Of a stretch of 64,000 nt of DNA, positions 22,276 through 35,797 are shown piece after piece (position 1 is the first letter of the stretch; the number at the start of each line of letters is the position of its first letter). The translations under genes were made by a program, and so were the position numbers. A model generated the notes under the pieces. That model searched no databases. It saw only the letters and a list, made by a program, of their open reading frames with translations, and was not told the DNA's origin. Source of the DNA: Watersipora subatra (taxonomy: Eukaryota). The stretch covers positions 42,861,115 through 42,925,114 of the forward strand of contig NC_088708.1 of the NCBI RefSeq assembly GCF_963576615.1, written 5' to 3'.

Positions 22276-22984
22276 TGGAGAAACCGCTTTTTTGGCACAT
22301 GTGTTGGCAAATGTCAGCATTGTCTTCCGTAGGTTTGACAAGTTTTAGAACAAACTTCAGACAACAGATCGACAAACTAAAGATCATATTGAGTATGCAA
22401 CAAATAAAGCGCTTCACTCAATCCACACACCTTAGAACGAATATTGTTAAAGATGATTGATTTGACCCAAACTATTCACAATTGCTGAGTCTGTATAAAA
22501 CTTGTATCATTGAAATCCCATTTTTCGCCATAACTATTACCAGGAATTACAGCATCCAGCTCTACCACATTGATATAATTACCATTGTCTTTCCTCAACC
22601 AGCAACCATTTTTGACTTACTGGCCAAGAATTGCTACCCATATACAAACTGCCAAGTTACTTGCATCACACCATTCATTAACCTTTCCCACATCGGGTAT
22701 TAACAAGATCATCACTGTAAATCTTTTCCAACATCTCACAAATCATTGTTTGATCGACATCTAAAATTCTCCCACTTTGCACCTTGTATGCATAAGCAAA
22801 ACCAAAATATTACTAGTTGCAATGCTAAATAGCAAGTTTGATGTCAGTGATGAATATTACCTCTATGAAAAGTGCAAATATATCTCTGCATTATTTCTAT
22901 GATTTGATCCATACTAACGTTAAATGTTAAATATTATACTAACATAAAAGAAGCACTAAATGATTAGCTCAAATAGTTTCTACA

Positions 22985-23220
22985 TCTCATAGCTGTTACA
23001 TCTATAAAACGCAAGGAGAGACAACTGAAAATATGTGGCAAAATAGAAATCATACTTTTTCAGAAAGCTGTTACAACTATAAAATGCAAGGAATGACAGC
23101 TGAAAATATGTGGCAGAATAAAAATCATACTTTTTCAGAGAGCTGTTACATCTATGAAATGCAAAGAACAACAACTAACCACATGAGGCAGAACAAAGAA
23201 TTCATACTTCTTCAGAGATA
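22985..23220. repeat. Tandem repeat of about 62 bp, roughly 3.7 copies
   Basis: The unit GCTGTTACA(T/A)CTATAAAATGCAAGGA..GACAGCTGAAAATATGTGGCA.AATA.AAATCATACTTTTTCAGA.A is repeated head-to-tail. Confidence 0.7.
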
Positions 23221-26200
23221 GATTTTATGCATGTCAATTAGGAAATGCATTCAATCAAGATAGAACTAGGCTAATCTATTTATAGTAAACTTGTGTAAAC
23301 TTGTGCACTAAAACATAGTACAATTGCTATGCATGCTAGCAAGGTTTCAACTTCCTTTTAATTTAAAATATATATGGTTGGTTTCCCATTCTTTCCACTT
23401 ATCATAAACTATATTACTATAGCTTAAAATTAATATGGTGCGGTGGGCAAATCCAAGCAACCACCCCTCATCAGTTACTAATTACGCTAAGGAATGATTA
23501 CTGCTATATAAAGGTGTAGCCAATCTGTTTATGATAAACCAAATAATTTAAATATTATTGACATTATATTTGAAGGCTGAATAATAATTATCATAACCAT
23601 TTTCGCTAGATTACTCAATATGTAGTACCATTTGCATTGCTATATATATACTTTTATTGGGCAGTCCAGAATCATTTTTATAGAAAAATGTTTTACATAT
23701 GCCGTCATAAAAAATTGAATAAAAGTAAATGTATTCTCCTGTAGCAAAAAACAAACAAACAAAAAAATCAAAATTTATACAAAGAAGAAAAAAATTACTA
23801 AGTGTAAATACATTTTGTTTCTTTTGACAAAAGATGAAGGAGTTTGCAATATAATTGTTGAGTGCATCTTTTAGTAAGTACAAAATACAATCATCACTAC
23901 GTAAATATCTGGTACTTGAAAATTGAAGCATATCAGTGATGTATGAAGGAGTCAAACTATTCTGTATATTGAATCCAACAATGCTAGTAATATAAGCTAA
24001 CATATTTGGCAGAGGGAGAGCATCCACTTGCCATTCGGAAATTACACACAAGTCGTACACACAATCTTCTGTCAATTCAATATCCATTGCTATAGATAAC
24101 AACTTTTCACATGACAGCATGTGAAATAGATTTAGTAACCTTAGATATATCTTTATGATAAATAGAACACTTATTTGATGTTCAGGCAGCATCTATTGTC
24201 TGATTAGTTCGTTCAAGAATCACCAACATTGGGTCAGATGCCGACAGGCCACAACTGAAGCACTTTGGGATAAACTATTGGTTTGTACATAAATTATATG
24301 CTAAACAGACTATCGATGTCTCTTCATCAAAGTAGTCCTTTTCTTAAAATGGTTAATTAAAAAAAGTTGACAAACTATCATTGTGAGCATATATAAACAT
24401 TTTGTTTTGTAACATAAACATTATAATTTTCTAATTTCTATACACAATCTTTAGTCATGCCTTTTGGTTTAAAGACACATATTATTTTTATTTATTTTAC
24501 AGTTTCACATTTTATTTTTATTGTAAATATATAATTTTCAATGCTTTGTAAAAGATGTCCATAGCTTAATAACTAATGTCTCATTTTTACATTTTCCTTC
24601 CGCATTTATTTGTTCTTTAATCTTATGAGCAGGCTAAGATTATAAAATTATCTCCTATAATCTTATCTTTGTTCTAATCTTTGGCAGGCTGCTTTTAAAG
24701 TACTATTGTTGTATGAGCAGCGAGTATTGATCCCATCTTAGACCACCTTAACCTTAAAGACACAACCTTAACCTGTGGTTCACAAGTCAGCCACTCTAGA
24801 CCACCGCTATACGACAGCAAGAGTGGACCAAATTTTAAAAAAGTGCATAAATTAAGAAGCTGTATGCTGTTTTTATAGACTTCACAAAAGCATTAATACA
24901 GTATTAAGACAATGTCTCTGGTGTGTATTGGAGTTATAAAATAAAATGGTAGTGCTAAAAATAAATGTATAAACTATTGTTTTTGAAGTTGCTATTATTG
25001 TCATATACTCAAATGGAAATAAGACTATCCTGTTAATTGGTTTGTAATTAAATTTTTTTATTGTTCAATATTAGTATCAAGCCTGACATTGGCCGAGATG
25101 TTTTTAATTTTTAATCAGATAACCCGCACCACGTAATCAGATAATCCGCACCACGTGTGTAAACTGTCACCACGTGTGTAAACTGTCAACACAAAATACT
25201 ATACTACTTTCATGAGAACAATCCATAAACGCGTTCATTAAGGGCGACAATCCTTCATGCATGCAGTAGCGTATTTTTGAGTTTCTAACCATATGAATGT
25301 TTTAGATAGTTTAGTCAGATAGCCTGCAGGTAGGTGTTTAAAAGGCTGGTTCTCAGAAACCAGATGAAGTTTTAAAACCAAATATTTTTGGCAACCTTTG
25401 GAAAGCAGAGAGCTTAGGCTTGTGAAGTTTATATTAGCACGGAGTATATTAGTGTTAAGCTTGGACAAAACTGGCCAAAAAATTTGAAAATGTATAGTTT
25501 CTACATTGACGCGCATACATTTACTCAGTGCAGTTTATTAATAGAGGTTTTCCAGTTTGCATGAAATTGTTCAATAAATAATTGTTCCATTATTGAGACA
25601 TGTCAATTTATAGTGAACATGTGTTAACAACCTTGTTTAGTTTTATATTGTTATAATAATCAGACAAGGAGAATTTTAACAAGCATAAATATGCAATTGT
25701 TTATTTAATGTACCAACTTAATATTGTGGTGGTGGACAAGGAGAGCAAGAGGGCTATATAATAGGTATACATAGTAGTACTCAGTGACTACGACATTGTC
25801 AGCAAAAAAGGAGAGAATGGAGAAATATCTCCCATCCAGAGAGGAAAATAAAAGTCGCTCTTCAAGTGACAAATGGCAAATAGTTTAATATTTTTGTTAC
25901 TACAACAAATAAAAAATCTAAGCACTATGAAAATAGCAACTCTTCATGCTGTGTGTGAGAATATATTAGCTGATATTGTGTGCACTAGCAATGTTGTTCC
26001 ACAAGTACTAAGGAATAGTGGTGGCTTCTGTATCATTTGAATATGGTACAAGATGTTTAATGAGTGTTGAGAAAATACATCATTTTATGGAAATCTTGCA
26101 GTGCTTAGGTATATTAACTACACTCGCTTTCTGCATTTTTCTACGTTCAAGTTAGCGTTACTTTCTTCTTACACATAAGGAAGCAACTCCTGAATAAGCT

Positions 26201-27829
26201 TACAATTCCTGCTAGTTGCCAGGTGCAGCTTCGCGTGCTTACGTACGTTTAGACTAAGAGACACACATTCAAAATACAATACCTAAAAACACGTGAACAC
26301 GTATAAGTTTCAAGTTACTATAAATTTGCTTCCATGGCGCAGCTAAAGATCGCAGTCTTAGGTACCGCTTACTGAGGAAGCCGAAAACAAGCCGAAAGAA
26401 TTCTTCCGTGTAGGGACTGCTTTTTGTACAGAGGTAATTACATGTATTCCATACGATTGTTTACTACGCTTCTTTCAAACGCATCTAACATTTGCATGAT
26501 TTTTTTTATACAATAACCAATTTAGATTTGTTATGTTTAGACGCGCTCTTAATAGAAATATCCTACAATAAATGTAGAAATACTAAATAATTCTATGCTA
26601 TCCGATACCTACCGCAATAGTCGCATCATTGTTTTGGTAAACTGGTTTTACACTAGTTCATGTCATCATAAGAGTTGATTAAAACGGTTTATTTTGGGTC
26701 ACAGTTCACCATTATCGTTAGGCATCGGTACGACTGAAAACCGTATCCTTGTTCATGAGTATATTGTAATCGCGTTTCAACACAAGGGATGTTGCTATAC
26801 ATTGTTCATTTTGATAGTTGTGACTAGCTTGTTTTTAAAATATTGCTTGCAGATAGTCATCCACCGAGACAGTATTACTCAGTTGTCCCCAGACTCGGAT
26901 CATTAATATATTGTGTAACGATACAATATGATTTTGTTTATGCAGATCCAACATACAACAAAATTTGTGTCATATGCAATGCATTTTGATATTATTTGAA
27001 TCTTTTTTCAAAATGCCCTGAAATATATTTAGGCGTGGTAACTTAACTTTTTTAGTCTGCAAGGGAGTAGCGTGTGAAAAGTTGTCAACAGTAGCAAAGT
27101 AGTCTACTTTACTGTCATTCTTTCATTAACTATGTAGTGGGATTGGCAAAATGCATTTTGATGAAACAAGAAAATACTGCTAATTTTTGCTGCTACATGT
27201 GATGGTAGCCTGCATGTAGCTAGTACAGACTCTCAAACTAGTGTAGCAAATTAACAACAACGATTTACTAGGTGGAGTGACTGTGTCTAGTGGAATGAGG
27301 TGACCCTAATAATTTTTATAGCCGGAGAGTCATTGCAAATGCCAAGAATCACAGTCACGTTGCATGGTCAACATTTCTTCAAAGTCACAATCAAACAGAG
27401 CTTTGTTCAGTTCATTCATTGATTTATCATACAGCGTATTGCGTCATTGCAATATGCTTAGCAAGCTACTTGATAGCTCAATTATCTTTATTGGCCTCTT
27501 TCAGTCTATGGAAATAGGCTTAGCTGATTGGCTATTACAAGCTATCTTTCAAGCTTGTGTTGAGTCACCCATGTTTGCTAGTTTTCATGTCTAACAGCTA
27601 TTGCGTATGCATTGGTGATTAGAACGCAACCTCGGGTTGCATTTAACTGCGTGTTGTCAATCAATCCCGCGAATCAAACCGCAATCAATTTGGTTAAAAG
27701 TTGGCTGTGAAAAAGTTCCTGGTGTCAAGTTTTGTTAAGCACACACCTTCACTGTGAGTAGCCTTTGGATGTGAACTTTACTAGGGTTAGTGCGTAGCAT
27801 TTTATGTGTAGTCTAAGAGTGTAATCTAA

Positions 27830-27910
27830 GTGTAATAAAGCTAAAAGCTAAGCTTTTAGCTTTATTACACTAAAGCTAAAAGCTTAGCTAAAAGCTAAGC
27901 TTTTAGCTTT
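27830..27910. repeat. Palindromic array built from AGCTAAAAGCTAAGCTTTTAGCT, about 0.5 kb upstream of MVP
   Basis: TAAAGCTAAAAGCTAAGCTTTTAGCTTTATTACACTAAAGCTAAAAGCTTAGCTAAAAGCTAAGCTTTTAGCTTTAT is a perfect self-complementary block. Confidence 0.7.
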
Positions 27911-28221
27911 ATGTAGGTGTGACTATTTATGCTTATAGCGCTAGCTTAAGAATTTGTAAGAATACCTCTTGTCACAGTGAGCTGTTTTTATACCAACTCA
28001 TATCATCGTAAGAGTTGTCTAAAACAGGTTATTTTGGATAGACAGTTGATTGAGTCATCGACATTCTTAAATCAGGAGATTCTTACTACTGAACCCGTCT
28101 CTTTATTAGTGAATAATTACATTTTACCACTAGAGATACTGTTATAGATTTCATTTTCTGATTAGTTGGTTACAAATTGTTTATCGTGGAATAGTCATGC
28201 ACAGAGTGAATATGTCGCTCA

Positions 28222-28256
28222 ATAGTCCCGCCCAACTCGGGTCGTATATATCTCCA
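28222..28256 (+). promoter_or_regulatory. MVP: Candidate MVP core promoter with a GC box and a TATA-like element
   Basis: CCCGCCCAACTCGGGTCGTATATATCTCC lies about 150 bp upstream of the MVP ATG. Assignment is by position only. Confidence 0.3.
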
Positions 28257-28400
28257 GTGAGTCTTTTGATTAAAACGAAGTCATTTTTGCATTTTGGAAA
28301 ATGCTTGCAATAATTTTAAAGTTTAACTCTTTTCCAGATAACTAGAAATGAGTTAAGTTTTCTTTTGGTTTGTGCATAGGGAACTATATTAGCTGAAGAA

Positions 28401-28549
28401 ATGAGTCAAGAGAGAAGAGGCAGAGGAAGTGGAGAGGAGTCTCTCTACAGGATACCCCCATACTTCTACATTCATGTGCTTGACCAGAATGCCAATACAA
28501 CAACTCTGCAGATCGGCCCGAAAACCTACATTCGACAAGATAATGAAAG
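28401..28549 (+). CDS. MVP: Major vault protein, coding exon 1
   Basis: [49 protein letters not shown](R). The vertebrate MVP N-terminus reads ...[35 protein letters not shown]. The GT donor is at 28550. Confidence 0.9.
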
Positions 28550-28740
28550 GTGCTTTATTCTTTTCAAATCGGCATTAAATTATAATCTGCCAATTCATTT
28601 TTCTAAAACTTTTTGCAAAATGCACTATTGTCATGGTTAATGTAAATGGTTCTTTGGTCTTGAGCTGCATCGGTATATAAGCTGCTTGTTAATGTAGCCA
28701 TTAGCCGTGTTACTAGTCGTTACTTTGTGGTGCTTGATAG

Positions 28741-28894
28741 GGTCGTCTTTGGGCCAGAACGGATGATCACTGTACCACCAAGACACTATTGCGTCATCGA
28801 GAACCCTGTTGCCCGAGATGAAGATGGAGCTGTCATAATGGAAAATGGACAAGCTAAACTGCTTCATGCTGATCAGGAGTTTAGGCATGCACAG
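28741..28894 (+). CDS. MVP: MVP exon 2
   Basis: VVFGPERMITVPPRHYCVIENPV...LLHADQEFRHAQ. The AG acceptor is at 28739-40 and the GTAAAA donor at 28895. Confidence 0.9.
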
Positions 28895-30227
28895 GTAAAA
28901 CTATTACCTATATATGACTATGCAGCATTGGCTTTTGAATCGTAAAACCTCTAATTGAACGTCATGGTGCTCTATTTTTCAATCCTTCCTCTCTAGCGGC
29001 GTCCAAATAGAGGCGCCGTTCAAATAGAGACTGGCATTGTAATTTTCAAATGGCTCGACAGAATGTTGGGAAGATATATTTGGCCCTTTTTTGGGCAAGC
29101 GAATGTCGCCTATGATTTGCCCTCTTTTTCCGGTGGAGCGATATTAAACATTTTGAAACAAAATTTTTTGCATCGTTTGCTCGGATAGCAGCTTTCTGAT
29201 GGTTGATTTCGATGAAATGACCTTCAACAATGTCTTCTGACCTCAACTTTTTTTGCACTGCTGAACAAGTCGATATTAGCGTCCAAACAATATTTTTGGC
29301 AGAGCAATAATTTTACCCGTAGCATTTAGCACAAATGCAATGCGTAAAAGTTTTGCTCGCTAAACGCAACCTTCACCCTAAAACTTGTTTTAGGGTGAAG
29401 GTTTTTTTCTAACATTTTAGGGTTTTTTCTTTTTCCTAAAACATTTTTTTTCGTTCATATACCATCGTAAATTTAAACCGTTTTTTATATATACTTATTT
29501 ATATATACTTGTACTTTAAAGTATCAAGACCGCGCTAAACGAGGAACTACTATTAGCCTGAGGCAGATATGAGCTATTTCCATGCTTTCACGAAGTTTTA
29601 ACGAAAAAAGCAAAAAGCTCTGGAATTGGACAACGAGAGAATTAATTGTTATTTATGTAAACGATTCATTATTAATTCGATTTTGTGATCACTTTTCTAT
29701 CCTTTGTTTTGTCTTGACGTCATTTTATTGTTGTCGGCCATCTTTATAGACAATTTTATCGTTGAAAACACGAAGCTTTTGCAATGATAATTTGAAAACG
29801 ATGTTTTTGTTTGCAATTTTTTATTATAGTATCAAAACAACACCTTAAAGTACTAGTAAATAAAAGAAAAACGATCTTTTTCTACAAATATGGCGGCTTT
29901 TTGTGAACAAGCGCATGTGCAAATGACTTGATGACGTAAAAAAAACCATGGATTGATCAATTGATATTATGGGCTAATAAAGATCAAATAATGTCAAAGA
30001 GGTGGTCAAATAGAGGTGGCGTTCAATTGGAAAGTGGCGCTCTATTTTTCAACCCTTCTCTCGTGGTGGCGGTCAATTGGAGGCAGTGTTCAATTAAAGG
30101 TTTTACTGTAATTGAACATATCGGTGCCACACACAAACAGATCAGTATCACCCAGTGAGGAGTAAATAAAATATTAATTATTCTGGATCAGCTGTATTAT
30201 AATGTTTGCGTATTCTTTCGGGAGCAG

Positions 30228-30387
30228 GAGCCTTTTCCACTCTATCCGGGAGAGGTAATTCACACAAAGGTTACACCTCTGCGAGTTGTAGCTGCCAACA
30301 CTGCGCTTCGGCTGCGAGCTTTGCTGGATTATGAAAGTGGAGCCGAAAAAAGGACAGCTGGAGATGAATGGTTGTTTGAAGGGCCAG
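30228..30387 (+). CDS. MVP: MVP exon 3
   Basis: [54 protein letters not shown], compared with human [10 protein letters not shown]...[11 protein letters not shown]. It is antisense to the spurious ORF 30174..30431. Confidence 0.9.
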
Positions 30388-31028
30388 GTTAGTGTAATGT
30401 ACTCTCTGTTCTGCCAGTTGTAGAAAGGCATCTCAATAATGGTTTAGAAGCTGCAATACAAGGACAGTTCTCATTTTGTGCGATTAAAGATGAAGTTGCA
30501 AAAAATTATAATAGAATTTATCAAAAGGTATCGGTATTTTTCTATCATTTGCGATGGTTTTTGATGTTTGAGGTGGTCTGACTGCCAGGATGTTTCAAGA
30601 TTAAAATTGACAAAATTTAATAACAATGAAATCGCTCGGAGCGAGCAAAAGTGTGATTATGATGTCTATAATTGCAAAAAGACTGACTGACAGACTAGAG
30701 ACCCGTAATGCTGCAATTTGAAGGCAGTAGCCGATATCAACTATAGTAGCGATAGCAATTAGGGACATCATTTCTAATGTATTTTGCTTCTGTGTTTTAA
30801 CCGCGATCAAGTTTTATCGATTTTAATCCTAAAACATCTTGGCCGTCAGATCACCTCAAACAGCAAAAACATTTGCAAATAGGAGAAAAATACCGATACT
30901 TTTTAATGAAATATTCTGAAATTTTGTGTAAGTTCGTCTGTAAGTTCGTCTGTAAGTCCGTCTGTGAGTTCGTAAGGTCGTAAGTTTGTCTCATAGAATC
31001 GTTGCTGTCCATGTATATGTCCATGTAG

Positions 31029-31255
31029 GCACGTATATGCCAAGGAAGGAAGTGTCCGTAGAGGAGACTGTGAGAGCCACAGTCATCAAGGCCAACCAAG
31101 CCATCAAGTTGGGCGCGAGAAAGGAGTGCGTGGACAGAGATGGAAACGAGAGGGTGACGGGTGAGGAGTGGCTAGTCGAGCGTATTGGTGCCTACTTGCC
31201 GGGTGCTTATGAGGAGGTGATCGATGTTGTCTCTGCCTATGTATTGACCGAAAAA
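31029..31255 (+). CDS. MVP: MVP exon 4
   Basis: (G)[75 protein letters not shown]. Confidence 0.9.
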
Positions 31256-31474
31256 GTGAGTAATATCTAGCCTGTGTACCACTGATTTACATTTTAGTTA
31301 GTTCCGATAAGCATCACCACTAGCATGCTTATGAAGCAGGTCTTTGTTTGATCATTTGTCTGTCTGCCTTATATCAGACTTTTATCGCAGTAGTGAGGAG
31401 TTGCGGAAGGTAAGTGACTGGTTCATCTGCCTGCCCCACTAACCTAGTTAACTTGACAAGAATACGTTCTGCAG

Positions 31475-31711
31475 GATGCTCTTCACATGAGATGCCTGAA
31501 AACTTTCACCGACTCTAAAAAAGTGACTAGGCGAAATGGAGAGGAGTGGTTGGTAAAGATGTCGGACTCTGAAACCTACATTCCTGGTGTGTATGAGGAG
31601 GTTGTTGGAGTAGTAAACATAACTACACTAAACAGCCGCCAGTATTGTGTCATATTGAACCCAGTAGATGAGAATGGCCGCCCTCAGTTGGCCAAGAAGA
31701 AGCTTGTCAAG
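31475..31711 (+). CDS. MVP: MVP exon 5
   Basis: [11 protein letters not shown]...[61 protein letters not shown]. Confidence 0.9.
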
Positions 31712-32121
31712 GTATGATAGATATTATAGCGCTTGGATCATTTTAGCAACAATACTTTTTGTGGTAATTCAGTATATGCGCTCCATAGTATTAGCTGACG
31801 CGGCACTGTTTCGACCGGCAACGTAGCATTTATCAGCTGGGAAATATTGTCACTTGCCAAGAAGAATAGGGGTGCACACAAGCATATTGATTATCGTGTG
31901 TGCACTGCGGCTTACATTTAGCTGTTGCCATGCAATGCCTCGGCAAGCTTTCTAGCTAGGCAGCACTGAATAGGATCATGTAAACTTATTTGATAACTGT
32001 ACAGTAAAACCATTTCGCTAAAAGTGTGATAACGTGAATGAGCTAAATTTATGGCTATATATGATAATGCATGATACAACTGAAACTAAGAGATCCACAG
32101 GCGACTCTACTTCTCTTGTAG

Positions 32122-32241
32122 GGCGAGTGCTCGTTCTTTTTGGTACCCGGTGAAAAATTGGAAAAGGGTATCCAGGCTATATTTGTGCTCGGAGAAGATC
32201 AGGGCCTCATCCTCAAAGCTAATGAAAAGTTTGTCGATGGT
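32122..32241 (+). CDS. MVP: MVP exon 6
   Basis: GECSFFLVPGEKLEKGIQAIFVLGEDQGLILKANEKFVDG, compared with human [23 protein letters not shown]. Confidence 0.9.
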
Positions 32242-32340
32242 GTGAGTACATCTATTGCTTGCGGTGTTAAGTTTATAAGCACCCTAAGAGTGCTATGGCT
32301 AGTAGCCATTAATCTGTATGTGTTTTACCATGGGCTGTAG

Positions 32341-32490
32341 ACTACAACAAGGAATCCAGGCGATCGCTGGATGATCAGAGGACCTGCAGAGTATGTGCCT
32401 CCGGTGGAATTGGAGGTACTCTGTGAGAGGCGGGCTATCCCTCTCGATGAGAATGAGGGCATCTATGTCAGGGACGTCAAGACTGGCAAG
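32341..32490 (+). CDS. MVP: MVP exon 7
   Basis: [50 protein letters not shown]. Confidence 0.9.
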
Positions 32491-33084
32491 GTAGGGTCTT
32501 CTCTTTAACTTCTGGAGCTGACTAATGAAATCGTAGTGCTGTCGGCTACAGACCCATGTTTTGGTGTGGGAGTTCATAGTCCTAATGGGACAATATAGAC
32601 ATTTGGGCTGATGTAGTCGCTGCAAACCAGTTTTTATGTTTCTCTAAATACGCTAAATGTGAACTTGAATCACAAATTCAAGAGAGCAAGCATTACATTA
32701 TATATACATTATTATTAGAAGGTAAATATGAGCATTTGAACAGAGTCTCTTATGATGCCCCTAATCTAGTATAGATGTGATTATTTTTCGTAAATTTTTG
32801 GTAAAAAAATTCAAGATAGTTTCATCAAAAGGATATTCTTTACCGAGTCATACAACATGGGAAACAATTTGGCTAGTCAAAACAGTAGATCACCGTTGTT
32901 ATTACCTTGCTTTTAACCGGATACATTTGTGAAATAGTTTGTTGTGGATGTAGTGGCTACAAAGGTGGTACCTATTGCCGCGTCTTAATATATTGTTTAA
33001 TTGTTCACAAGCAAATATAAGACTGCAACTTCCTTTGCAGTGAATTTCTATAATTTTTTATGCTTCTATGTACATGACATTTAG

Positions 33085-33320
33085 GTGCGAGCTATCACTG
33101 GGGAAACATATATGCTCAAATCAGATGAGGAATTGTGGAATAAGGAGTTGTCGCAATCAGTGGAGGAGCTGTTGGCATCGGGAAAAGACCCTTTAGCTGA
33201 CCGGGGGTCTCGTGGCGCTTCTGCTCAAAGCAAGTCTAGAGACAAGACAAAGGTTGTCACATTCCGAGTGCCACACAATGCGGCTGTGCAAATATATGAC
33301 TACAAGGACAAAAGAGCTCG
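33085..33320 (+). CDS. MVP: MVP exon 8
   Basis: [22 protein letters not shown]...DPLADRGS...[23 protein letters not shown](R). Confidence 0.9.
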
Positions 33321-34421
33321 GTAAAAATTTAATCTCTTGCTATCATTTTTTAGTAGTCATACTTTGACATACTTACTTGTCCACTACTACAACATAGCAG
33401 CTTGTACCTGTAATATTCAGCAATGCTTATCTGTAAAAATTCATCTCGTTGAAATACCTCTCTCGTTCATATTATCAGTATCTGACACAGCCATTATATG
33501 AGGACTTATAGCAGTTAGTAAAGAGATCTAATCTGGAATGTCTTCAAATGGATAAACTTGCCTGCCGTACTCTACACGCATATTTAGCGCTTGATTGATT
33601 AATTTCATGATTGTAAAGTGTTTGGCTGACACACGCGTTTGATTTACAACTATTACATCCAAGTTTCTAGATTCAATGCTTGCCCGAAGTCTAGTTATAT
33701 ACTAAGATCTTTTGACATTTGCACCCAGCGTCTGCTGCTCTATACGCATGCTATTTGCGATTTACTAAATGCCACAGACAACAGATGAAGCAGGCAAGAC
33801 CAGGCTGAATCCGTGCCTTGACCAGTTACATGTTTGTGATACTGCAATTTAGCTCAACATATTGTTGTCTCGGCATTTTGGCTTTTTTCTCTCTAAAGCC
33901 GAATTATGTGCAGCAGCAGATGTATTGAAGTTACTGTGCTACTACTGTTACTGTGCTGTTACTCAAGTTGTCATAAGATTTTGTTGTCATTGTGTCTGTC
34001 ATGTGTGCATTTAAAGCCAAGTTGCGTAGTCACTTGGCTTCTATAGGGTGGACTTTGATAGAAATTGGATTCGTACACAGTTCATGTGGTCTGAACATGG
34101 GTGTCTGCATGTATTTCATCTTTCCCATCTTTTAAACTTGCCATCATCAAATATAATGTAAATCCGTACAAATCTATAATTGTGTTATAACATGTGTGTG
34201 TTCTACAATTTTTAGTTTGTTACTCTTGCCAACTACCACAGCAATCTAGATGCATGAAGCGTGTTGTAGCACAAATTGGTATATTACTATTTTAGTGGAA
34301 GTTTGCATGCTTGTTTTTATACTATGCTCAGTATGTTTATATTATTATTATTTCACAGAGTTAAATATATGATATATGAAGTATATTTACTATATTTGCA
34401 TATTTGATTTTGCATTTATAG

Positions 34422-34619
34422 GGTTGTCTTTGGACCTGATCTGGTGATGCTTGGCCCTGATGAGCAGTTTACCAAGCTGTCTCTTTCTGGAGGCAAGCCT
34501 AAGAAACCTAACGCGATCAAGTCTTTGTGTTTGTTGCTCGGCCCGGACTTCTGCACTGACATTGTGATTGTAGAGACTTCTGATCACGCCCGTCTCTCTC
34601 TACAGCTATCTTACAACTG
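34422..34619 (+). CDS. MVP: MVP exon 9
   Basis: [65 protein letters not shown](W). Confidence 0.9.
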
Positions 34620-35652
34620 GTCAGTAGCAAATTCTTCGTGTGAATTGCCATTTATTTCTTGCTCAACTAGCAATACATAATATGAAATAATACAATAGAC
34701 ACTCCAATAATGCAAACAGCTTTTTTCAAGTAAATTTCACTTTATGTGAAGAACTTATGTGAAGTTTTGGCTTTGTATTAGGTAAGAAATTCCATATAAC
34801 TGCCGGTGCAAGTTCTAAAATTCAATTTGGATAGCGAGAGTCCCATAAGTTGGCCTTAAAAATATTGTTTTCTCTGTCAGATCCAAAAAAAATGATATAC
34901 AGGGTATCTTTATCAAATATACTAGTAGGCCTACCCCGCCAGTCCAGTGACGATTATCAGGTGTGACAGTAAAGCATAATTGTAGCTGCGCAATTATTCA
35001 AAAATACCGTAATCATTGATCTTAAACCAAGCAAGAGCGATAAAAAGAGAGAAATTGTCTACACAAACCAGTAATACCACAGTTACTGTAGTCGTTAAAT
35101 TAAAAAGTCTTTCATTTTCGAAAAGCTCAAGGGATAAGTTTGGGAAGATCTTCGAATGAAATAGGCAATTTACATGTATTTCATTATTATATAACATAAA
35201 ATCTCTAAAACGTAAATGTTCTCGGAGCGATGTTGTACACATCGAGGTTATATTTAATCAGTATCTTGCTACATAGTAGATGTAGCTATTGAAGACCTCT
35301 ACTAAAATGAGGCTGACAATATTTGGTACGGTTTAATGTTGCTGATTTTACACGCGTGCCCTTTTAAAGTGCCAGCTTCTTATCTTGCTAATGCAGGACA
35401 ACCAATGATCTTGTCATTAACAGCAAGACAGGAAAATATAAGTTTTGGCCGATATCTTGTGTCGTCACATCTAGGATGTGTGCCGTTCTACTACAGAATG
35501 TAACTAATTATTGTGATAAAAATGCGATGACAGCTTTTACATTGGCAATATTCAATAATATGCAATTCTGACAGAAGACTTCTTGGTAGCGCTTGCTGAC
35601 TGTGTTATAACAAAACAGTGGTGCTGACTTTGCCGTATTATGCTTATTCTAG

Positions 35653-35797
35653 GCACTTTGAGGTGGCGGATAAAGAAGATCCAGTTGCAGCTGCGAAACT
35701 GTTCAGCATTCCTGACTTTGTTGGTGATGCCTGCAAAGCAATTGCATCTCGTGTGAGAGGTGCAGTCGCCGGCGTCCCCTTCGATGAGTTTCACAAG
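35653..35797 (+). CDS. MVP: MVP exon 10
   Basis: [48 protein letters not shown] is almost identical to the vertebrate [24 protein letters not shown] block. Confidence 0.9.

Noticed and set aside
22009-22460. His/Thr/Cys-rich ORFs on both strands
   Set aside because: These are the CA-rich (CACACATACGTG)n microsatellite read in several frames. The same explanation applies to the ORFs at 39607..40035.
23611-24192. 193-aa minus-strand ORF
   Set aside because: It has an AT-rich, low-complexity composition and no recognisable domain. It is most likely a chance ORF in AT-rich intergenic DNA.
26334-26400. ATGGCGCAGCTAAAGATCGCAGTCTTAGGTACCGCTTACTGA followed by GAG|GTAATT, considered as a 5' exon of MVP or of another gene
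   Set aside because: The ORF is only 13 codons and there is no supporting homology. A splice-donor-like hexamer alone is not enough evidence.
30174-30431. 85-aa minus-strand ORF
   Set aside because: It is antisense to the strongly conserved MVP exon 3, so it is an antisense-frame artefact. The minus-strand ORFs inside the gypsy pol (for example 9454..9762 and 10029..10448) and inside the pogo (for example 6898..7080 and 7678..7920) were dismissed the same way.
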